64,000 nucleotides of DNA from Armatimonadota bacterium (GTDB taxonomy: Bacteria; Armatimonadota; SYMT01), in the NCBI GenBank assembly GCA_046292385.1, contig JBKBRF010000006.1, forward strand, positions 64,001-128,000, given 5' to 3'. A program made the position numbers and the translations under genes. This document shows positions 10,074 to 16,038 of the stretch, piece after piece. The notes under the pieces were generated by a model. The model ran no database searches and was not told the DNA's origin. It worked only from the letters and a program-made list of their open reading frames with translations. Position 1 is the first letter of the stretch. Every line of letters starts with the position of its first letter.

Positions 10074-11105
10074 TCACGGGTTCGTCGCCGCCGGCTCCGC
10101 TTCGGTGGATCCTGCGGGGACCGGGGCGGGCTCACCCCGCTTCGGGCTCGCCGGCTGTCGGTAGACCCGCTCGGGGTCATACTCTTCCCCGTGCTTCACC
10201 ACCGCCCAACAGACTTTAGCGATCTTGCGGGCGACCGCATTCAACGCTGCCGTCTTCGCCAGACCTTTGGCCAACTCCCGCTCATACTGCTGGCGGAACG
10301 GACTGTCTTTGATCCGGACGTTCGACTTGGCGGCCAGATAGAGCAAGCGGCGTAGCTCGGCATCGCCTTCTTTCGTGAGGCCATACTCCCCCGCCCGCTT
10401 TCCCGATTGCCGTACCCGGATATCCAAGCCGATATACGCCACTACCTGATCCGCGTGGGCGAAGTCATGCGAGGTAAGCCGGGCCGCGAGGGCGGCGGAA
10501 ATCACGGGGCCGATGCCGGGGATCTTCCGCAGGGCCTTGGTGGCGGGGAACTTCTCCTTATCCTGCGCCCGCTGGGCGATCTGGCGATCCAGCGCCGTCA
10601 ACCGCGTCTTGAGGTCGGCGACGGCCTCGGCCAGCACGTCCGCGGCGTACGGGAGCTCGCGGCGCTGCTGCTCCAAGCTGGTGAGGGCGGACCGTAAGCC
10701 ACGGCGGGCGCGCAGGAGTTGTTCGAGAGCTTCCACGTCGGCGCTCTTCACCGGGAACGGGCGCAGCCCCTCTGCTTTGGGTCGGGAAGCGGCGAACATC
10801 GCCAGCCCCCGGGCCGCCAGGCGGTCGGTCGAAGCCCGAGTACTCAGCGAGCGGAGGTAGGCGTGCACTTTACGAGGCGGGGCCAAGAGGACGGTCCGTC
10901 CCGCTTCCCGGGCCTGGTGCACGACCAGATGGCAGTAGCGCCCGGTGGGTTCGACCACCAGGGGGACGTCCGCCGGGGTGCGGGCCAGGAGCTTCCGAAT
11001 GCCGGCCGGGGTGTTCGGCACGGAGCCTTCCCAGGCAATGCGTTCGGAAGGACGGTCGAAGAGGGCGCAGACGAGTTCGGCTTTGCTGACATCGACTCCT
11101 AACAT
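10074..11105 (-). CDS. IS110-family transposase / bridge recombinase
   Basis: MLGVDVSK, VVEPTG, STDRLAA (RuvC-like DEDD domain); IPGIGP, YIGL..RQSG, LRRLLY, AVARK (Tnp_20 domain). GGAG RBS 8 nt before ATG. Confidence 0.95.
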   Translation of the reverse strand: MLGVDVSKAELVCALFDRPSERIAWEGSVPNTPAGIRKLLARTPADVPLVVEPTGRYCHLVVHQAREAGRTVLLAPPRKVHAYLRSLSTRASTDRLAARGLAMFAASRPKAEGLRPFPVKSADVEALEQLLRARRGLRSALTSLEQQRRELPYAADVLAEAVADLKTRLTALDRQIAQRAQDKEKFPATKALRKIPGIGPVISAALAARLTSHDFAHADQVVAYIGLDIRVRQSGKRAGEYGLTKEGDAELRRLLYLAAKSNVRIKDSPFRQQYERELAKGLAKTAALNAVARKIAKVCWAVVKHGEEYDPERVYRQPASPKRGEPAPVPAGSTEAEPAATNP

Positions 11106-11110
11106 GTGGG

Positions 11111-11286
11111 TAGCTCCCGAGGGGTTCCTCTCCCGCACACTTGCGGTACATGGCCGGTCTCCTCACGCGTGAGGGCCGTGGGATTCCTCATCGGCGGTGA
11201 GAGGGAAGAGGAGGTCTTCTCCAGACGTCCGTCCCCGAAGGGCGGCAAGTGCGGATGACCTTCCTCTTCCTTCCCACCTGGAGCTA
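11111..11286 (-). ncRNA. Candidate IS110 bridge RNA
   Basis: Outer stem TAGCTCC/GGAGCTA. Target loop closed by GGAAGAGGAAGGTC/GACCTCCTCTTCC, containing ATCCGCACT and TGGAG. Second loop contains GGAATC and GCAAG. Confidence 0.75.
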
Positions 11287-11505
11287 ACATACAAGTGCGA
11301 ATGCTTGCTTTCGCGCCCCGCGCCAGCGGGGCACCGGAGAAGCTTCTCGATTTCGTCAACAGTATCCGCAAGCGCGTCACTCCGCGAAGAGTCGTGCGGC
11401 GGGACACTTCGACGGGGCTGCTGGAATGACCGTGTGCGCGGCCTCGCTTTCGTCTTGACTGTCCATTCCTGGAGGCGGGGGCGCGCTCCTTCCCGAGAGC
11501 AGCGA

Positions 11506-14500
11506 CTACCCGCGACGCGCCCAGACTTCCACGGGAACGCCGTCCCGGTCGCCGGACCAGAGCTGCTCCGTGCAGGTGCGGCGGAGCAGGTTCTTCCAGA
11601 GCTGGGCGTGGGCGAACGTCTCCTCGTCCGGGCAGAAGAGCGAGAAGACGGAGCGGGAGGCCACGAGGATCAGCTTCTGCTTGGCGCGGCTGAGCGCCAC
11701 GGTGAGGCGGCGCGGGTCGAGCAGGAACTTGCTGCTGGCGAGGAGGTACTCCGGGTCGCTCTCGGTGGCGCTGACGACGATGACGGTGCGCTCGCCGCCC
11801 TGGAACCGCTCCACGGTATCGACCGCCGACCGCGGCGGCCCGTTCTTACCCGCGACGGTGAGGAACGGGTAGGCGAGCTGGAGGTCGGCGCGCTGGGCGC
11901 GGTGCGGCACCACGATACCGAGCCCTTCCTCCGCGTCGAGCGCGTAGAGCCCCGCGTCGGAGAGCGCCTCCAGGACCGGCTCCACCAGGTCGCGCTCGAA
12001 GGCATTGCGGTTCTGGCTGGCGCGCTCGTCGTGGAGCACCACCACCAGCGGGTAATCGGGAGCGAGCACGGCGGCGACGAAGTCATCCGCCAGCTCCCGC
12101 GGCTCCAGCTGCTTGCGGCGGGCGGAGCGGTAGGGGATGCCGTCCTGCTGGTAGACCTCCCGCCGCAGGAACTCCGCCATCTCCGCGTGGAGGCGGAAGC
12201 TCTCCTCGAAGCGGATCACCGGCGGCGAGAGCGGCAGCAGGGTGAGGAAGAGCGACTCGTAGGCGCGGTACTCCTGGAAGGTGCGGCGCGGCTCCGCGGC
12301 CCAGTCGTGCTTCACGATCGGCGGCATCTGGCGGTGGTCGCCAACGACGATGAGCTGGCCGTCGGTGCGGAGCGCGAGACCGGCCATCACCGCTTCCGGC
12401 AGGTTCATCTGCGAGGCTTCGTCGAGCACCAGGCACTCCGCCAGGGCGCAGTCGAAGAGAGCCTTCGGCGATTTCTCCCGGACCATCCCGTAGATGCCGC
12501 CCGGCGTGGCGGCGGCGACGCACCACTGCTGGTCCTGCAGGGCATCGGCCGGCCTCGGATCTCCCTTCTCCCGGCGGGTCTCCTTCGCCAGCGGGATCAC
12601 GCCTTCCGGCGGCGCCTCGCGGCCGTCGATCCGGAAGAGCGGCACGTTCAGGAGGCGCGGGTCGAGGTATCGGTCGAAGAGGTCCCGCCGCTGGTCGCGC
12701 AGCTCCCGCAGCCGCTCCCGGACCTCCACGACGTTCTGGAGCAGCACGTCGGTCGCCGCGTGCGTCTTGCAGGAGACGAGGGCTCGGAGCGGCTGACACG
12801 CCGCCATCGCGCCCTGCAGCCGGGCAAAGAGGGCGAAGGCGGTGGAATAGCTCTTCCCGGTGCCGGGAGGGCCCTGCACCAGCAGCACCGGGTCGCCGCC
12901 GTGCCGGCCGATGAAGGCGCGCTTGCTCTCCTCGAAGTCGTGGAAGAGCCCCGCCGTCCGGAACGCCTCCAGCCCCTCCAGGAACCGCGCCTGCCCGGCC
13001 GCCGCTTCCGTGGGCCAGGCCACGCTCGCCGCCGCGCCCGGGGTGAGCCGCTCGTAGACGGCACTGCGCCCCGTCTGCGCGCCGCGCTCCAGCTCGCAGA
13101 GCGCCTCGACTACCTTCTTGCTCCAGTAGCCGTACCAGTTGTCCGGGGAGACGTCGAGCGAGTAGGCCATGCCTTCCCGCAGGGGCCGCTCGATCGAGCC
13201 GAAGACGAAGCCCTTCATCGCCGCGTTTCCGCGCGAGGCCTGCAGCTCTACCTCCAGCATCGCTCCGGTGATCCGGCCCGCGGCGTCCCGCTCCGGCTGG
13301 ATCTCGACCAGCTCCGCCCGCACGCCGTAGAGCATCTGCTTGGGGGTGGGGGTGAACTCCTGCCGATCCTCCTCCGGCAGCCGCTCGTCGACGGTCCAGC
13401 GAGGGTTCAGCACCACCCGCTCGCCGCGGCGGAGCGTGGTGAGCGCCAGGATCTCTTCCGCGGAGCAGTCGATCCCCTCCGTCTCCAGCCGCAGCCGCAC
13501 GCGGAGGCCTTCCTGGCTCCACTGGCAGGCGTCCCGGTCCTCTTTGGCGAGCTTCACCTTCTGCGCGTCCGGGTTCTGCTGCCGCCACTCCGCGTAGAGC
13601 CGGTCTTTCAGCAGCCGGCGGCGCTCGTTCTCCCGGTTGCGCTCCAGCACCTCGGGGTCCTGGTCTTCCGGGCAGAAGCGAGCGAGCAGCGTTTCCCCCA
13701 TCAGCACGCGGCGCTCCGGGGCGGCGTGGCGGATCGCCTTCCACTCGCCCAGCTCCACGTGCCGCTCGATCGTGACGAACTCGTCCAGCGCCTGGGCCAG
13801 CGAGCCGGCGCGCTCGCGGAACTGCGTCAGCGCCGTCAGGTCGAAGGCTCGCTTCTCCGTCAGCTTGTTGCCGCGGAAGTCGGCGGCGATCCGCTCCAGC
13901 GCTTCCAGCCGCCGCTCCTGGAATTCGCGGATCAGCTCCGGCGTGGCGGCGCGGTAGTCCGCGTAGTCGTCCCGCTTCCCGGCGGGCGGCTCCAGGTCGC
14001 CCCACGCGGCGTAGGCGTACTCCAGCGGGATCTGGCTGTTGAAGCGAGCCCGGCGCGTGTACCAGGCCTCCGCCTCCGGGTCGAGCGTGCCCCACTCGTC
14101 GAAGAGCCGGGCGCGGAACGTCTCCCGGAACGGAGCCCAGTCGAAGCCGAGGTGCGCCGCCACCGCCTGGAGCGACTGGCAGACCATCGGGTAGTTCTTC
14201 AGCTCCCGGATCTCGCGGTCGAGGAAGGTGGCGATCGGGGAGTCGAACGCCGCGAGCTGGGTCATGAAGTCGTAGAGCGCGGGCGCGGTCTCCAGCAGCG
14301 CGGAGAGGTGGCGGGAGAGCGCCTCCAGGAAGAGCCGCTGCTCGAAGCTGTTGTAGAAGACCAGGTGGACCGGCGCGGAGAGGGTGCCGTCCACCGCCGG
14401 CTCCACCAACTCGGCGACCGCCAGCAGCGTGTCGCGCATCCAGGCGGCCAGAAGCGCTCGCTCCCGCTCGGGCGTGTCGGGCGGCCCGTTGGAGAGGTGG

Positions 14501-15795
14501 ACCACGCTCCGGCTCCGTGCCGGCTCTCCGCCGGCGCAGGCGACCACCCGCGCGCCAACCAGGTAGAGCCGGTCGTGGAGGTAATCGTGCTGCGCGTCGA
14601 GGTAGATGCGGACCAGGTTCGGGTTCTGCTCCGCGTCGCAGTAGGGCAGGGAGCCGTAGCCGGAGCCGGGGATGGAGCGCGGCGCCTCCAGCGGATCGCC
14701 CTTCCACCCACGGTAGCGCCGCGCGCGGTGGATCAGCTCGTCGAGGCGCGGGCCGACCGGCCAGGTCGTCGCCGCGCGGGCGCACCGCCCCTCCTGGCCC
14801 GGCGTGGGCGAGAGACTCCAGTCCCGCGGCGCGTCCGGAGCCGCCGGCGCGGGCTCCTTCAGCGCCGCCAGCTCCGAGGCGGTAGAGATGCCGAGCCGCC
14901 GCAGCGCCGCCTTCTCACCCGCAGCCAGGTGCGGGATCAGCGCCAGGTCGTCGGTCTCGGCGCTCCACTTCAGGCAGAGCTCGTTGTAGAGGCAGCCGTC
15001 GCACTTGTAGCTCAGGTGGTAGGAGAGCTCCTCGAACGGCGCGGAGGCGATGCCGCGGGCGGTGGAAGCGGCGCCGGTCACCAGGTCGGCGACGGCATCG
15101 AGGTAGGCCTCCGGATCGGCGACGACCTCCAGCAGCGCGCCGTCCCACCCGAACCGGCGGCGGGTCTCCTCCCGCAGCGCCGCGTCGTCTCCGCCCTCTT
15201 CTCCGCGGAAAAGGAGAGCGGTCCCGATCTCCGCCGCGACCCCCGCCGAAGCGAAGAGCCGCCCCAGCATGGCGTGGTAGAAGGCGACCTGCAGCCGGTG
15301 CTCCACCCGGGCGTGCGCGGAGCTCTTGACGTCCGCGATCAGCACCTGCAGGGCGCCGTCCTCCGCGCGCTCCAGGCGCAGCAGGTCGGCGTCGCCGGTC
15401 AGCAGCCACCCCTCCACCTCTACCCGCAGACGAGGCTGCAGCAGGAGCAGGGCCTCGCCCGGAGGCAGCTCCACGGCGGCCCGCACGATGGCGGCGTTGT
15501 CGTCCTCCCGCTCCAGCGGCTCCCGCTGCTCCCCGAAGTGGACGGAGCGGAACCGCGCGCGCAGCGCCGCCTCCACTTCCCGCTCGAACTGGCGCCCGGA
15601 GCGAGTCAGCAGCGGCGGGATCGCCTGCGGCGCCACGTCGTACTCCCGCAGGAACCGGGAGCCGTGCTGCGCCTGGTGCAGCCGCAGCCGCAGGTAGCGG
15701 GAGCACTGCTCCAGCCGGACGAACTGCGAGATATCGGTGGGGCTCACCCGCAGCGGCGCGGAGGAGGGAAGGAGCGGTAGGAAGACGGGGGGCAT
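11506..15795 (-). CDS. Large PD-(D/E)XK (RecB/Cas4-like, Fe-S) nuclease fused to an SF1 Upf1/DNA2-like helicase (TM0106-like architecture)
   Basis: N-terminal Cys plus CDGCLYNELC; ADLLRL...IADVKSS...QVAFY; Walker A GPPGTGKS, LDEASQ, VGDHRQMPP, TVERFQGGE, RLTVALSRA. Confidence 0.85.
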   Translation of the reverse strand: MPPVFLPLLPSSAPLRVSPTDISQFVRLEQCSRYLRLRLHQAQHGSRFLREYDVAPQAIPPLLTRSGRQFEREVEAALRARFRSVHFGEQREPLEREDDNAAIVRAAVELPPGEALLLLQPRLRVEVEGWLLTGDADLLRLERAEDGALQVLIADVKSSAHARVEHRLQVAFYHAMLGRLFASAGVAAEIGTALLFRGEEGGDDAALREETRRRFGWDGALLEVVADPEAYLDAVADLVTGAASTARGIASAPFEELSYHLSYKCDGCLYNELCLKWSAETDDLALIPHLAAGEKAALRRLGISTASELAALKEPAPAAPDAPRDWSLSPTPGQEGRCARAATTWPVGPRLDELIHRARRYRGWKGDPLEAPRSIPGSGYGSLPYCDAEQNPNLVRIYLDAQHDYLHDRLYLVGARVVACAGGEPARSRSVVHLSNGPPDTPERERALLAAWMRDTLLAVAELVEPAVDGTLSAPVHLVFYNSFEQRLFLEALSRHLSALLETAPALYDFMTQLAAFDSPIATFLDREIRELKNYPMVCQSLQAVAAHLGFDWAPFRETFRARLFDEWGTLDPEAEAWYTRRARFNSQIPLEYAYAAWGDLEPPAGKRDDYADYRAATPELIREFQERRLEALERIAADFRGNKLTEKRAFDLTALTQFRERAGSLAQALDEFVTIERHVELGEWKAIRHAAPERRVLMGETLLARFCPEDQDPEVLERNRENERRRLLKDRLYAEWRQQNPDAQKVKLAKEDRDACQWSQEGLRVRLRLETEGIDCSAEEILALTTLRRGERVVLNPRWTVDERLPEEDRQEFTPTPKQMLYGVRAELVEIQPERDAAGRITGAMLEVELQASRGNAAMKGFVFGSIERPLREGMAYSLDVSPDNWYGYWSKKVVEALCELERGAQTGRSAVYERLTPGAAASVAWPTEAAAGQARFLEGLEAFRTAGLFHDFEESKRAFIGRHGGDPVLLVQGPPGTGKSYSTAFALFARLQGAMAACQPLRALVSCKTHAATDVLLQNVVEVRERLRELRDQRRDLFDRYLDPRLLNVPLFRIDGREAPPEGVIPLAKETRREKGDPRPADALQDQQWCVAAATPGGIYGMVREKSPKALFDCALAECLVLDEASQMNLPEAVMAGLALRTDGQLIVVGDHRQMPPIVKHDWAAEPRRTFQEYRAYESLFLTLLPLSPPVIRFEESFRLHAEMAEFLRREVYQQDGIPYRSARRKQLEPRELADDFVAAVLAPDYPLVVVLHDERASQNRNAFERDLVEPVLEALSDAGLYALDAEEGLGIVVPHRAQRADLQLAYPFLTVAGKNGPPRSAVDTVERFQGGERTVIVVSATESDPEYLLASSKFLLDPRRLTVALSRAKQKLILVASRSVFSLFCPDEETFAHAQLWKNLLRRTCTEQLWSGDRDGVPVEVWARRG

Positions 15796-15803
15796 AACGC
15801 TAC

Positions 15804-15819
15804 TCGAACGAGTATTCCG
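15804..15819. promoter_or_regulatory. Possible LexA (GAAC-N4-GTTC type) box upstream of the nuclease-helicase
   Basis: TCGAAC-GAGT-ATTC about 10 nt upstream of the start codon, with one mismatch to the core. Confidence 0.3.
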
Positions 15820-15828
15820 AATGGGTCT

Positions 15829-16034
15829 CCGAACGAACGCGAAGACGCGAAGTCACGCGAAGGACGCGAAGGTGGAATGGAGCACGCTAACCCGCGCGCG
15901 AGTGAACTCGGCGCTACATAGAGCGAAGCCCGCCTGCGCGGGCTGGGAACGCGGTGACACGGTCTACCCAGCTTCTCCCCTTCATGTTTTCTTCGCGTCC
16001 TTCGCGCAAACTTCGCGCCTTAGCGTTCGTTCGG
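15829..16034. repeat. Inverted-repeat (REPIN/MITE-like) element with CGCGAAG sub-repeats enclosing a REP
   Basis: CCGAACGAACGCGAAGACGCGAAG..GGACGCGAAG (15829-15871) is mirrored by CTTCGCGTCC..AGCGTTCGTTCGG (15991-16034). Confidence 0.75.
15900..15945 (+). repeat. REP-like family A copy
   Basis: GAGTGAACTC..GCTACATAGAGCGAAGCCCGCCTGCGCGGGCTG. Nearly identical at 30211-30257 and inverted at 53813-53863. Confidence 0.85.
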
Positions 16035-16038
16035 TAAG

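Larger units (their letters stand above)
9993..11295 (-). mobile_element. Complete IS110-family (IS621-like) insertion sequence
   Basis: On the minus strand the left end starts CT-TGTATGTT (core 11294-11295) and the right end finishes TTGACGCGAACCATAGAAT-CT (core 9993-9994). It encodes an IS110 recombinase and has a long structured 5' non-coding end. Confidence 0.85.
9829..11367. mobile_element. MITE-like element with 19-bp terminal inverted repeats and GCAA direct repeats, interrupted by IS110
   Basis: GGATACTGTTGGCGAAATC (9829-9847) versus the reverse complement of GATTTCGTCAACAGTATCC (11349-11367), 18/19 match. GCAA at 9825-9828 and 11368-11371. Confidence 0.7.

Noticed and set aside
11106..11166. 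Upstream GTG (11138) or GAGGAG-ATG (11151) as the transposase start
   Set aside because: ATG 11151 is out of frame and both lie within the structured RNA; ATG 11105 has its own GGAG and begins the conserved domain.
9829..11367. 19-bp inverted repeats as the true ends of the IS110 (IS1111-type sub-terminal repeats)
   Set aside because: CT cores, junction promoter spacing and guide matches place the IS ends at 9993 and 11295, well inside these repeats.
11197..15780. 1527-aa plus-strand ORF
   Set aside because: Antisense shadow of the nuclease-helicase.
14900..15795. Cas4-like domain as a sign of a CRISPR-Cas locus
   Set aside because: No cas1/cas2 and no repeat-spacer array in the window; the domain is fused to an SF1 helicase.
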